Shown piece after piece: positions 1-14,381 of a stretch of DNA of 64,000 nt. This DNA is from the human T2T-CHM13v2.0 reference genome, Homo sapiens, in NCBI RefSeq assembly GCF_009914755.1, contig NC_060929.1; one strand, given 5' to 3'. Each line of letters opens with the position of its first letter. The first letter of the stretch is position 1. A program made the translations under genes and the position numbers. A model generated the notes under the pieces. It was not told the origin of the DNA. It worked only from the letters and a program-made list of their open reading frames with translations, and did not search any database.

Positions 1-76
1 GTGAAACTAATTTAGGTAGTTCACTATCAATGAAAAATGCTCCAAATACCTGCCTGCTTTAAGAAATTAATTAGTT

Positions 77-100
77 ATATATATATATATATATATATAT
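77..100. repeat. (AT)n microsatellite
   Basis: About 12 TA units. Confidence 0.9.
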
Positions 101-326
101 CATTAAATATTGGAACAAAACTTATAAATTTTAGAGTTGGAAAAAGTAACATGTTAAGTAATGAGTACTTTTGTACGAACTACATGAGCGATGACTTGTT
201 TTAATTTTTGCTTACGTACTAATATACATCATCTATTTCATTGAGAGACTTTACATTTTAAAAGTATTTCCAATAAACTAGGTGATAAACACAATTAACA
301 ATTTTTAAAATTTATTTTCTTAATAG

Positions 327-522
327 ATTCCTCCAGCCAATGGTCAAGCTGCAGCAATTAAGGCACTGCCCACAGATTGGCTTATTTATGATGAAATGAC
401 CAGAGCCCATAGAATAGCTAATATTAGATGTTGTTCAGCAGTGACGCCTGTCACTATATTGGTATTCTGTGGACCAGCTAGATTGGCAAGTAATGCTCTT
501 CAGGAACCTTCATCCTTTAGAG
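327..522 (+). CDS. YTHDC2: YTHDC2 internal coding exon (OB-fold/CTD region)
   Basis: Flanked by ttaatag| and |gtaaat. Translates IPPANGQAAAIKALPTDWLIYDEMTRAHRIANIRCCSAVTPVTILVFCGPARLASNALQEPSSFR plus 1 nt. Length 196 nt; the phase matches the next exon. Confidence 0.95.
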
Positions 523-2147
523 GTAAATGTATTAAGGAAATAAAAATCTATTTGAAATGAATTTTTTTTTTTTACCAAATAATGAAATTATTTTACTAAA
601 CCAAATAATGAAATTATAAAGATTTATATAGTAGCAGCTCTATTTTGATGTACTAAGACTAATTAGGAAATACTAAGGTATACTACTGTTTTTGAAATTT
701 ATTTATAAGGTAACTTGATGTTTATTTGTGCATTTTTTATTAATCTTGCTGTTGGGAAGAAATTTTTCTTTTCCACTTGAATTTAAATGATAGTTTAACG
801 TAAATAAAGGTAATTGTAAAAGAAATAATAGCCACCCATAATCTCATTTTTCTCATGCTAACACTTTTTAATGTTATATTTTTTCTACATGTTTACATAT
901 TTTAAATTATTTCACCCAAACTGTTATTTTATATTTTGTTATTTTCATTACAGAGATATCAAAAATATTTTTAGTATTTTATATTAATGACTGCAAAATA
1001 GTATATCACATTGAAGTGGCATAATGCATTTTTTTCCTTCAACTTTTATTTTAAGTTCAGGGGTACATGTGCAAGATGTGCAGTTTTGTTGCATAGGTAA
1101 AGGTGTGCCATGGTGGTTTGCTGCACAGATCATGACATCATGTATCTATCAAGCCCAGTGTCCATTAGCTATTCTTCCTGATGTTCTCCCTACCCTCTAC
1201 CACACACCCCCAGTAGGCCCCAGTGTGTGTTGTTCCCCTGTCTGTGTCCATGTGTTCTCATCATTCAGCTCCCACTTATAAGTGAGAACATGCGGTGTTT
1301 GGTTTTCCATTCCTGCATTAGTTTGCTGAGGATAATGGCTTCCAACTTCAGCCATGTCCCTGCAAAGGACATGATCTGATTCCTTTTTATGGCTGCATAG
1401 TATCCCATGGTGTATATGTACCATATTTTCTTTATCTAGCCTACCATTGATGGGCATTTGGGTTGATTCCATGTCTTTACTATTGTGAATAATGCTGCAC
1501 TGAACATACAAATGTACTTATCTTTATAATAGAATGATTTATATTCCTTTGGGTATTTACCCAGAAATGGTATTTCTGCCTCCAGGTCTTTGAAGAATCA
1601 CCATGCTGTCTCCCATGGTGGTTGAATTAATTTACACTAGTGTAATTTAATTACACAGTAGTGTAAAAGTGTTCCTTTTTCTCTACAACCTCACCAGCAT
1701 GTTGTTTTTTGACTTTTTAATAATAGCAATTCTGATCTCATTGTGGTTTTGAATTGCATTCCAGTAATGATCAGTGACGTTGAGCTTTTTTTCATATGTT
1801 TGTTGGCCACATGTACATCTTTTGAAAAGTGTCTGTTCGTGTCCTTTGCCCACTTTTTAATGGGTTGTTTTTTCTTGTAAATTTGCTTAAGTTCCTTGTA
1901 TACTCTGGATATTAGACCTTTGTCAGATGGATAGATTGCAAAAATTTTCTCCCATTCTGTAGGTTGTCTGTTTCCTCTGATGATAGTTGTTTCTTTTGCT
2001 GTGCAGAAACTTTAGTTTAATTAGATCCCATTTGTCAATTTTTGCTTTTGCTGCAATTGCTTTTGGCGTTTTTATCATGAAATCTTTGCCTGTGCCTATG
2101 TCCTGAATGGTATTGCCTAGATTTTCTTCGAGGGTTTTTATGGTTTA

Positions 2148-2249
<102 letters not shown>

Positions 2250-2759
2250 TCAGCACCATTTGTTAAATAAGGAGTCCTTTCCTCATTGCTTGTTTTTGTC
2301 AGGTTTGTTAAAAATCAGACGGTTGTAAGTGTGTGGTCTTATTTCTGAGTTCTCTATTCTGTTCCATCATTCTATGTGTTTGTTCTTATACCAGTACCAT
2401 GCTGTCTTGGCTACTGTAGCCCTGTAGTATAGCTTGAAGTCGGGTAGCGTGATGCCTCAGCTTTGTTCTTTTTGCTTAGGATTGTCTTGGCTATATGGTC
2501 TCTTTTGGTTCCATAAGAATTTTGAAATCGTTTCTTCTAAGTCTGTGAAGACTGTCAGTATAATGGGAATAGCATTGAATCTGTAAATTTCTCTGGGCAG
2601 TATGGCCATTTTCATGATATTGATTGTTCCTATCCATGAGCATGGAACGTTTTTCCATTTGTTTATGTCCTCTCTGATTTCTTTGAGCAGTGATACGTAG
2701 TTCTCCTTGAAGAGGTCCTTCACTTCCCTTATTAGCTGTATTCCTAGGTATTTTATTTT

Positions 2760-3074
2760 ACTTTATTTTATTTTATTTCATTTTTTTGAGATGGAGTCTT
2801 GCTCTGTCACCCAGGCTGGAGTGCAGTGGCACAATCTCAGCTCACTGTAACCTCCGCCTCCTGGGTTCAAGCAATTCTCCTGCCTGAGACTCCTGAGTAG
2901 CTGGGATTACAGGCACGCACCACAATTCCTGGCTAATTTTTGTATTTTTACTAGAGACAGGGTCTCACCATGTTGGGCAGGGTGATCTTGAACTCCAGAC
3001 CTCAAGGTGATCCATCTGCCTGCCTTGGCCTCCCAAAGTGCTGCAATTACAGGCGTGAGCTATCATGCTTGGCC
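2760..3074 (-). mobile_element. AluS inside L1
   Basis: Dimeric Alu; TSD ttccta(g/t)gtattttatttt at 2741 and 3077. Confidence 0.93.
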
Positions 3075-3294
3075 TTTTCCTATGTATTTTATTTTTGTTG
3101 CAATTGTGAATGTGAATTCATTCATGATTTGGCTCTCTGCTTGCCTGTTGTTGGTATATAGGAATGCTAGCAATTTTTGCACATTGATTTTATATCCTGA
3201 GACTTTGCTGAAGTTGCTTATCAGCTTAAGAAGCTTTTGGACTGAGATAATGGGTTTTCTAGATGTAGATCATATCAACTACAAACAAAGATAA

Positions 3295-3625
<331 letters not shown>

Positions 3626-4028
3626 GACGTGAATACTCTTCATTTTTTTCTCTGGCCTGATTTCCTTGGCCTGAACTTCCAATCCTATGTTGAATAAGAG
3701 TGATGAGAGAGGACATCCTTGTACTGTGACAGTTTTCAAGGAGAATGCTTCCTGCTTTTGCCCATTCAGTATGATACTGGCTGTGGGTTTGTCATAAATA
3801 GCTCTTATTATTTTGAGATATGTTCCTTTACTACCTAGTTTATTGAGTTTTTAACACGAAGACATGTTGAATTTTATTGAAGGCCTTTTCTGCATCTATT
3901 GAGATAATCATTTGGTTTTTGTCTTTAGATCTGTTTATGTGATGAATTATGTTTATTGATTTGCATATGTTGAACCAGCCTTGCATCCCAGGGATGAAGC
4001 CAACTTGATTGTGGTGGACAAGCATTTA

Positions 4029-4130
<102 letters not shown>

Positions 4131-7100
4131 TCAGGCTTTGGTATCAGTATGATGCTGGTCTTACAGTATGAGTTATGGAGGAGTCCCTCCTTTTCAGTTG
4201 TTTGGAATAGTTTCAAAAGAAAGGGTATCAGCTCTTCTATGTACTTCTGGTAGAATTCAGCTGTAAATCCATCTGGTTGGGCTTTTTTGGTTGGTAGGCT
4301 CTTTATTACTGCCTCAATTTCCAAACTTGTTATTGGTCTATTCAGGGATTCAGCTTCTTTCTGGTTCAGTCTCAGGAGTATGTATGTGTCCAGGAATCTA
4401 CCTCTTTCTTCTAGATTTTCTAGTTTATTTGCGTAGAGGTGTTTATAGTATCCTTTGATGGTAGTTTGTATTCCCATGGGGTCAGTGGTGAGATCCCTTG
4501 TATCATTTTTATTGTGTCTATTTGATTCTTCTCTCTTTTCTTCTTTATTAATCTAGCTAGCAGTCTGTTTTATTGATTTTTAAAAAGAACCAGCTTTTTG
4601 ATTTGCTGATTTTTTTGGAGGGTTTTTCCTGTCTCTATCGCCTTCACTTCTGCTCTGATATTAGTTATTTCATGTCTTCTGCTAGCTTGGGTTTGTTTTC
4701 TCTTTGTTCTCTAATTTTTTAAATTGAGATGTTAGGTGGTTAACTTGAAATCTTTCTAGCTTTCTGATGTGTTCATTTAGTGCTATGAATTTCCGTCTTA
4801 ACACTACTTTAGCTGTGTCCCAGAGATTGTGGTACATTGTCTCTTTGTTCTCATTACTTTCAAATAACTTCTTGATTTCTGCCTTAATTTTGTTATTTAC
4901 CCAAGAGTCATTCAGGAGCAGGTTGTTCAGTTTCCATGTAGTTGTGTGGTTTTGAGTGAATGTCTTAGTCTTGAGTTCTAATTTGATTGTGCTGTGGTCT
5001 GATAGACTGTTATGATTTTACTTCTTTTACATTTACTGAGGAGTGTTTTACTTCCAGTTATGTGATCAATTTTAGAATAAATGCCATGTGGCGATGAGAA
5101 GAATGTATATTCTCTTGTTTTTGGGTAGAGAGTTCTGTAGATATCTCTCAGGTCCACTTGATCCAGAGCTGAGTTCAGGTCCTGAATATCTTTGTTAATT
5201 TTCTGTCTTGATGATCTGTCTAATGTTGTCTGTGGGGTGTTAAAGTCTCCCACTATTATTGTATGGGAGTCTAAATCTCTTTGTAGGTCTCTAAGAACTT
5301 GTTTAATGAATCTGGGTGCTCCTGTATTAGCTTGCATATATATTTAGGATCATGAGTTCTTTTTGTTGAATTGAGCCCTTTACCACTGTGTAATGCCTTT
5401 CTTTGATCTTTATGGTTTAAAGTCTGTTTTATCAGAAACTAGGATTGCAACCACTGCCTTTTTCTGTTTTCCATTTGCTTGGTAAATTTTCCTCCATCCC
5501 TTTCTTTTGAGCCTATGTGTGGCTTTGCATGTGAGATGGGTCTTTTGAAGACAGCATACTCGTGGGTCTTGGCTCTTTATCCAGTTTGCCATTCTGTGCC
5601 TTTCACTTGGGACATTTACCCCATTTACCTTCAATATTACTTTTATGGTTATGTATTGTTATGTGTGAATTTGATTCTGTCATGATGCTAGCTGGTTATT
5701 TTGCAGACTTGTTTATGTGGTTGCTTCATAGTGTTACTGGTTTGTGTACTTCCGTGTGTTTTTGTAGTGGCTGGTAATGGATTTTTCCCTTTCATATTTA
5801 GTGCTTCCTTCAGGAGCTCTTGCAAGGCAGGCCTGGTGGTGACATATTCCCTCAGCATTTGCTTGTCTGAAAAGGATCTTATTTCTCCTTCACTTATAAA
5901 GCTCAGTTTGGCTGGATATGAAATTCTGGGTTGGAAATTCTTTTCTTTAAGAGTGTTGAATATTGGCCCCCAATCTCTTCTGGCTTGTAGGGTTTCCTCT
6001 TAGAGGTCTACTGTTAGTCTGATGGGCTTCCCTTTGTATGTAACCTGGCCTTTCTCTCTGGCTGCCCTTAACATTTTTTCTTTCCTTTAGACCTTGGAGA
6101 ATCTGATGATTTTTTTGTCTTGGGGTTGATCTTCTCATGGAGTATTATACTAGGGTTCTCTGGATTTCCTGAATTTGAATGTTGGCCTGTCTTGCTAGGT
6201 TAGGGAAGTTCTGGATGATATCCTGAAGTATGTTTTCCAGCTTGGTTCTATTCTCTTTTATCTTTCAGCTACCCCAGTCAGTTATAGGTTCAGCCTCTTT
6301 ATATAATCCCATATTTCTTGGAGGTTTTGTTCATTTCTTTTTTCATTCTTTTTTCTCTATTCTTGTCTGCCTGTTTTATGTCAGAAAGACGGTCTTCAAG
6401 CTCTGAGATTCTATTCTCTGCTTGGTCTGTGCTTCTGTTGATACTTGTGATTGCATTGTGAAGTTCTCCTGTTGTGTTTTTCAGCTCCGTTAGGTCGGTT
6501 ATGTTCTTCTCTAAACTGGCTATTAGCTCCTGTATTGTTTTATCATGATTCTTAGCTTTTTTGCATTGGGTTACAATATGCTTCTTTAGCTCAGCGAAGT
6601 TTGTTATTACCCACCTTCTGAAGCCTACTTCTGTCATTTTAGCCATCTCAGCCTCAGCCCAGTTCTGTGCCCTTGCTAGAGAGGTATCACAATCATTTGG
6701 AGGAGAAGAGGCACTCTGGCTTTTTGAGTTTTCAGCATCTTTGCATTATTTCTCACCTTTGCGGGCTTATCTACCTTTGATCTTTGAGGATGCTGACCTT
6801 TGAATGAGGTTTTTGTGGAGTCTTTTCTGTTGATGTTGTTGTTGTTTTCTGTTTGTTTTTCTTTTAGAGTCAGGCCAGTCTTCCATAGGGCTGCTGCGGT
6901 TTGCTGGGGCTCCCCACCAGACCTCAGTTGCCTCAGTTTTTCCTGTACCTGGAGGTATCACCAGTGAAGTCTGCAAAACAGCAAAGATGGAAGCCAGCTC
7001 CTTCCTCTGGAAGTTCTGTCCTGGGGGTTATTGGCCTGTTGCTGGCCCACATGCATCTCTAGGAGGTGACTGGAAGCCCCTGTTCTGAGGTCTCACCCAG

Positions 7101-7939
7101 TCAGGAGGAATGAGATCAGGGACCTGTACAAAGAAGCAGTCTGGCTGCTTTTTGATACAGCAGGTGTGCTGCATTGGTGGGAACCCTTCCTCATCCAGAC
7201 TGCCTGTATAGCCATCAGGCTGGAGTGGCTGAGTCAACCAAACCACAAAGATAGCAGCCACCCCTCCCCCTGGGAACTCGGCCCCATCTCAGACAGACCA
7301 ACCCACTGCTGTTGGCTGGCTGGGATCCCAAGCCAGTAGGTCATAATTGGTGAGGTGCCATGGAAGTGGATCCCACAGAATGATGCTGCTTGGCTTCCTG
7401 GATTCAGCCCCCTTCCTAGGGATATGTACAAACAGATTTCCTGCCTTGCTAGGGATCCCAGGGCCAGAGTATGTAAAACTCCTACGTTTCTGTGTGTGCC
7501 TGAGTGGCTGCTCTGCCAACACTCCACACAGATCTGTGGCATGGGCTCACAAAGGGATCCCCTGATTCACAGGTTGCAAAGATCCATGGGAGAAATGTGG
7601 TTTCCCGGGAGGGGTCATATAATCACTCACTGCTTCCCTTGGCTGGGGGTGAGGGTTCCTTTTGCTCTGTGCTGCTCCTGTGTGGGCTGTCGCCTTCACC
7701 TACTTTTCTTCATTCTCCATGGGTTGATTTGTATGTATGCCTAGTATGTCCGAATGTGAGAACCTGGATATTTCAGTTGAAGATGCTGAATTCATTGTGC
7801 CTTTTCATTCTTCTTTGTGAGTGCCGCAGACTGCAGCTGTTTCTAATAAGCCATCTTGATTGATCCCCTGGCATAACACATTTAAAATGTTCCTTCATAG
7901 TTAGACATCTTGATGATTTCAAATTATTTGCTATTTAAT

Positions 7940-9010
7940 GATTCAGCAAATATTTAGTACCTACTATATGTCAGGTACTGTGCTAGACATTGAAGGTATA
8001 ACAGTGTGTGTCTGTCCTTAGGAATTTACACAGTAGTGAGGGTAGACAGACAGTAAAAAATAAATAATCTGCATGATACTATTAAGGAAATACAAAGAGG
8101 ATCGCCTTAGGGGTGACCTACTTGAAAGAAAGCCTAGACATGTTTTTCTGAGAAGACTTAAACTGAGACCTACAATATGAGAAGAGCCAGCCACATGAAA
8201 AGCAGAAATGTGCTGCAGGTAGAGAAAGAGGGAAAGCACCAAGATTCTGTGCTAGGAAATTATCTAGGAATTGACAGAAAGGCTGTGTGATTGGAGTGCA
8301 CTGGTCAATGGAAGAGGGCAATGATAAGGTTGAAAGGAAAGCAAGGACTTGTAGGCCATAGAAATGCAAAGAAAAGGAAGTCATTAAAAGGTTTTAAGTA
8401 AAGGAATGACATGATGTGGTGTGTTCCAAAAGGTCATTTTGGCTAAGGGGATGAATTACAGGAGTAATTACAAGAATAGAAGAGTGGAGGCAGGTAGGAG
8501 GCTTTTGCAGTGGTCTTCTAACAAGATGATGGCTCAGATAGGATAGTGATCGCTGATATGAAGAGAAGTAGATATAAAATTATTTTGAAGGTACTAGTAA
8601 CTGCTAGATTGAATGTGGGTAGTAAGGGAAAGGGAGGAGTCAATTCTCAGATTTTGGTTATAGTAGCTTGTCACTCATTTGAGATTCAGAAAACGAAGGA
8701 GCAAGTCGTGTAGGGGAGAAATTAAGGGTTCTTTTTAGACATGTTAAGTTTGAGATGGCTAAGACACTCTAAGTAAATTTTTTTTTAGGAAGCAGTTGGA
8801 TATGCATTTTTGGAGCTCAGGGAAGATGTCTGGGCTAGCAATACAAATTTGGAAGTCATCAGCTTGTAAATGATATTTATAGACATGAGAATGGATTTCT
8901 TAAAGAGAATATATAAATTTGAGTAGTGGAAGAGTGATTCAGTGTTGGAGGCAAATCTGTTTCAAGAAAGGAGTGGTTAGCTCTATTGAATGTGCTTTGA
9001 GAGACTGAGG
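7940..9010 (-). mobile_element. Degenerate LINE-2 fragment
   Basis: Starts with the reverse complement of the L2 3' end (attcagcaaatattt...cctactatatgtcaggtactgtgctag); boundaries approximate. Confidence 0.65.
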
Positions 9011-10034
9011 GCATTAAGTTTGTATGAAGAGAGTAGAAATAGTATGATTGATAATTTATGAGATTATGGGGCATTGCTACATTGACATCTTCATCAGTGT
9101 GTCCTTTTGCTTTAATTCATTTAATATTTTCTTCGTGATAAAACTCTTTGAAGTGGGAATTACTTGATAAAAATGTATAGATATTATTCATGGTTCTTTC
9201 TCCATACTCAACCATATTAGCACCGTTAAGAGTGAATTTCATGGCAACTATGCCATCATTTGGTGTTGGTTTTAAAGATAAAATATTTAAAGATTCCTTC
9301 ATTTGCTCTTTTTATTTCTGTCAAAAAGAAATAACTCTCCATGCATTTCTTTATATTGCCCTTTAGTTGAGTTGTTTTTTTCATCTTCTGCCCATTTATT
9401 TGGGTACTGATATTTTACTCAAAAATTTGAATGATAGCGTTATAATTTAAAGATGTTATTAATCTTTTTTCTGTCATGTTTAAGTCAATCTATTATTCAT
9501 TTTGGTGTTAGTATTTTGAGTTCTGAGTTTTGATTGCTGTGTATTTAAACTGAATAATCTTTTCCTATACTATTCACTTTCAAAGCTGAGAAAATTTCAT
9601 CCCTCCATTGATGTGATAAGTATTGTTTTTGTTTTCTATAATTTGATTTTTAATATTTTTTATAACCATGTTGAGTTGATTCTGGCCTAAAACAAAGATC
9701 TAAGTTTTTCCAAGTGCTTTCCCCTCATCTGTACAATTTATTAAACAGTTCTTATATATCCTCCTTTAGAAAGCTTGCATGATTGCATGGTAAATTTGGT
9801 ATCTTTAACCTTTTTGTATACTCTATTCCTTTACATTTCTGCCTTTATATTGCACCTTTTTATTTAGTATTTTTATTTATTAATAAATTCTAATATCTGG
9901 TAGTAGAAGCTCTAGCTGTAACTCTTTACTGCCTTTCTGTTATTGAGCTATTGTTTGATAATCTTACCTATTTTTAAATAATGAATATTCATTAGTCATC
10001 TTCTTGTAATCCTTTTGCAAACAACAGTTCTTTT

Positions 10035-10342
10035 GTGTTTGTTTGTTTGTTTGTTTGTTTGAGACAGAGTCTTGGTCTGTCCCTCAGGCTGAAGTACAGT
10101 GGTGCAATTACAGCCTACTGCAATCTCTGTCTCCCAGGCTCAAGTGATCCTCCCACCTCAGTCTCTCGAGTAGCTGGGACTAAAGGCACACACCACCATG
10201 CCTGGCTAATGTTCATATTTTTTGTAGAGATGGGGTTTTGCCATGTTGCCCAGGCTGGTCTCAAACTTCTGTGCTCTTACAATCTGCTCACCTCGGTCTC
10301 CCAAAGTGTTGGGATTACAGGCGTGAGCCACCGCACCTGGCC
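10035..10342 (-). mobile_element. AluJ with (TTTG)n tail
   Basis: Alu dimer; short TSD tcttttgt. Confidence 0.9.
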
Positions 10343-10870
10343 TCTTTTGTATATTAATTTAATGTTTCCATCCAGGAAATTTAGTATCTTTTAATTAGCC
10401 ATACCTTATTTTAAATTTATCTTAAAAAATATATATTTTTGGTAACTTTTATAAAGTTTGGGGATATTTCCTAAGGTGATTCTTAAGATTCTTTTGTTGC
10501 TGTTTTTAGTTGTCATGGTGAATGGATTCTCTTTGTGTAATTTTCTTGCTGAACTTTAGAAACATTATTGCAGACATTATATATTTTATGTACCTTGTTA
10601 CTTTATTAAACTCATTAATCCTTTGGATTTTGTATTTATTGAATTATATTACCTTCAGGTGGTAATACTTCCATTTATTACCAAAATGTATTCCTTTTAT
10701 TTCTTTCTGAGGATATTAGAAAACTGAATTAAGGTCCATTTTGTCTTACTGAATTTTAAAGGTTCAAATTCTAAAGTTATACTATTGATTATAATGTTAA
10801 TTTTAATAAAAGTGTCCCTTTTAAATAACGGAATAGTGTTTGTGTGTGTGTATCTGTGTGTGTGTGTGTG

Positions 10871-11030
10871 TTTTTGTTTTTAAGAGACAGGGTTTCACTC
10901 TTATTCCGGATGTAGTGCAGTGGTGCAGTAGTCATAGCTCACTGTAACCCTGAACTCCAAGGCTCAAGTGATCCTCCCACCTTAGCCTCCTGAGTAGCTG
11001 GGACTATAGGCATGAGTCACCACACCTGGC
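10871..11030 (-). mobile_element. Alu monomer (FRAM/FAM-like), preceded by (TG)n
   Basis: Single Alu arm of about 160 bp. Confidence 0.8.
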
Positions 11031-11038
11031 ATAGAAGG

Positions 11039-11069
<31 letters not shown>

Positions 11070-12257
11070 TTGTGTATGTGTTAAAAATTTGTTGAATTTA
11101 CTAAATAGCATTTGAGCATTTGTTCATATAATCAGAAATTATTTAGCCTATTGATGTGGTATATAGATTTTCTTATGGAACTGCTATTTTGTTCTGAGAA
11201 TAAACCTTCCTTGGACTAAGTGTGATTTATTACATTGCTGGATATTTTTCTAACATTTTATTTAAAACTTATATTTATCTTCATTGGGGAGGCTGACCTG
11301 TAGGGTTTGTGTGGTGTGTGCTTGTACATATTCCGGTATGTAGGTTTTAGGTGTTAATCAGGTTTTGGGTTAGGTTTAGATTTGTCTCATTACAGGAATG
11401 TTCATTATTTGATTCCATGCAAAATTGAGAGACTTGGTATTCTGGATTTCTTTGTTGATGTTCTTTAAGGATATCTCTGATTTCTTCCTTAAATATATTT
11501 GTGTTCTTCTAGTTCCTCTACTTTCAGTTTTAGTAATTTTCGTGTAGAAAATAATTAATTTCTTTGAAGATTTCAAATTTATTATTTATACATACTGTAT
11601 GTTTTAGCCTATATCAATTTCATATTTTATAATGCATTCTGTATTTTTATAATCTCATTTTCACCTAATTTTGTAGATAGATTTTTGCTTTCTTCTTCCT
11701 TTATTAAATTTACAGAGGGTTATCTATTAATATTTTCAAAGAACTGGGTTATAGTTTTAATTACCATTTTGTCTTTCTAATTCATCTTTTTATAATTTTC
11801 TATTTTCTTCTACTTTTCTTTGGGTTTTATGTTATTTTTCTTAGATATATTTAGCTGTATACTTTTTCTTTTTAAAACTGACCTGTGACTTTATAAGAGT
11901 ATTGCTTTGGGCACCTTTCATAGTTTTTGATATGTAGTATAGTCATTCCTTCCTTGAATTATGTTATTTGTTTCTTTTTCATCCAGTTATTAAAGATTGT
12001 GCTTCAAATTTTATATTCTTGTCTTTTTTATTTTGTTGCATTGTGATGAGACATTATAGTCTTCAAATGGTCCCTTTTTTTTCCTTTTAAATAAATACTG
12101 AGATTTAACATGTGATCTTTTGAGTTTGAAGGACTTCCCACACAAATTGTTGTATGTCAGGAGGGTTTGTGTATATGAAGCGTATTTATTCTTCTTAGTT
12201 TTTTGCCATAACGTAAGAAGGTAAAAGTGATTTTTTTTTCATTATGTACTTGGACAG

Positions 12258-12367
12258 TGGATGGCATTCCCAATGACAGTAGTGATAGTGAAATGGAGGA
12301 CAAAACTACAGCTAATTTGGCAGCCTTGAAACTTGATGAGTGGCTCCATTTCACACTGGAGCCAGAG
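12258..12367 (+). CDS. YTHDC2: YTHDC2 internal coding exon
   Basis: gacag| ... |gtaagt. G+TG gives Val, then DGIPNDSSDSEMEDKTTANLAALKLDEWLHFTLEPE. Length 110 nt, phases consistent. Confidence 0.95.
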
Positions 12368-12592
12368 GTAAGTTGCTTTCAAGTAGTGTAATAAATTTCT
12401 TTCATTCAGTTAGTGTGAATTGATATATAATATGATAAAATTTTTTTCTTTACTATTGAGCCCTTAGTATCAGAGAATATAACTTGTTTTTCAGTTTTCT
12501 TGGGGACCTCATTCATTCTCTTCTGTATTGGGGTTTATTCCAACAGAGGACTTGGAAAACCTAGTTGTGGCTCATTATTTAAGCAAGGTAAT

Positions 12593-12947
12593 TGTCTTAG
12601 TTTGTTGTTGCTGCTATAGTAATTTATAAAGAACAGAAATTTATTTCTCACAGTTCTGAAGGATCTTAAGTCTGAGCTCAAGGTGCTGACGTCGGTTGAG
12701 GGCTGCTGGACCCTGCCTCCTATAGAGTGGAGGAATACTGTGTCCTCATATGGCAAAAGGCAGTAGGGCAAGAGGGCATGAACTCCCTCCATCAAGCTCT
12801 TTTATAAGGATACCTAATCCCATTCATGAAGCCAGAGCCCTCATGACTCAATCACCCCTCAAAGGCCAACACCTCCCATTACTATTGCATTGGAGGTTAA
12901 GTTTCAACATGAAGTTTTGGAGGGGACAAAAACTTCAAACTGTAGCA
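12593..12947 (-). mobile_element. ERVL-MaLR solo LTR (MLT1A/MST-like)
   Basis: TG...CA ends; perfect 5-bp TSD GTAAT at 12588-12592 and 12948-12952. Confidence 0.85.
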
Positions 12948-14088
12948 GTAATCCTTGAGTATTTCTGGATATATAAGAAAGTATTGAGTATTGGGTACAC
13001 AAGAACTCCCTTTATTTTGTGTAACTGTGTTTTCTGAGAGAAAGATATGATTCCATACTATTTTCTCTTTGCATATACTTCTGAATTGGGGGTTTGAGGG
13101 AGGATGAATGTTTCTTTTCAAATTACAAATTTTCATGACAAAGCCTCCCCTTGATTCTATCTCTACTGTCCAAGATCATTCTCTATACATTTTTGGGAGG
13201 CGTCAAGCTGTCAATAGTTAACACTGGCTAGGTTTACTATTTTAGCATCCATTCATTCATCACTTCAACCTACTACACTCTCACTTCCATTCCCACCAAT
13301 TCATCACTTCACTGAAACTGTACTTGCCAAGGTCAACTGTGTCCTTCATGTTGTCAAAGTCAGTCTGCTGTCTGGGATAAATGTGACCTCTATTATTTAT
13401 CACTATTGTCCATATCCTCCTTTTTGTACTCCTGCCCTTCCCCAGTTTTCTTCCTTACTCCTGCCCCAAATTCTTTGTCACTAGTTACTGTAACATTAAT
13501 CTTTCTTAATTCTTTCTCTGTAGTCAGTCCTTCTTAGTTGTTTCACAGACCCTGCTGTGTGTGTTTGTGCCTTAAATTTTAAGTTCTCTAGCACTTTGTG
13601 TCTTACTCTTATCTTCTTACTCCCTCTATACATTCCCTGGGGACTTTATCTCTATGTGTATATTTTGCAATCATTTAGGAACTGGTGACTTTCAAGTTTA
13701 GAGCTCTGTCTTAGACCTTTCTGTGAATCCAGCTGCCTTCAGGACATGATCATTTGGATGTTCTACAGGCACTAAAATAACACTATGAGCTACATATATT
13801 TTTATTTACCCTGCTGCTACTTTTCCAATATTAATCACACTCTGCCACAACTATTGTTTACTGTCTTTCTTATTAGACTATTTAATTTGATTTTGTGTCT
13901 TAGTGCCTAAAATATTATAAATAAATTTTATTTCATTCATGCATTAAAAATAATGAAATTAGTAGTAAATTATATGAAATGTGAAATAAGTTTGTTGGAA
14001 ACAGTTGCAAACTAATGGAAACTAATCAACACATAGGTGTTTTGCATATGTGATATTCATTTGCTTGTATCTATTTGAACTATTACAG

Positions 14089-14381
14089 GCAGCTAGTTTA
14101 TTGCTGCAGCTCAGACAGAAGTGGCATAGCTTATTTTTACGCCGAATGAGAGCTCCATCTAAACCTTGGTCTCAAGTTGATGAAGCTACCATAAGAGCAA
14201 TTATAGCTGTTTTAAGCACTGAAGAACAGTCTGCAGGTTTACAACAACCATCTGGGATTGGCCAAAGGCCAAGGCCTATGTCTTCAGAAGAGCTTCCTTT
14301 GGCCTCATCTTGGAGGTCAAATAATAGTAGGAAAAGTTCAGCAGATACTGAATTTTCTGATGAGTGTACTACTGCAGAAAG
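14089..14381 (+). CDS. YTHDC2: YTHDC2 internal coding exon
   Basis: ttacag| ... |gtaaat. Translates AASLLLQLRQKWHSLFLRRMRAPSKPWSQ...DECTTAE plus AG (inside ORF 14050-14385). Length 293 nt. Confidence 0.95.

Noticed and set aside
574-617. 18-bp direct repeat accaaataatgaaattat (similar 25-bp tandem at 29121-29180)
   Set aside because: Common slippage micro-duplications with no sign of function.
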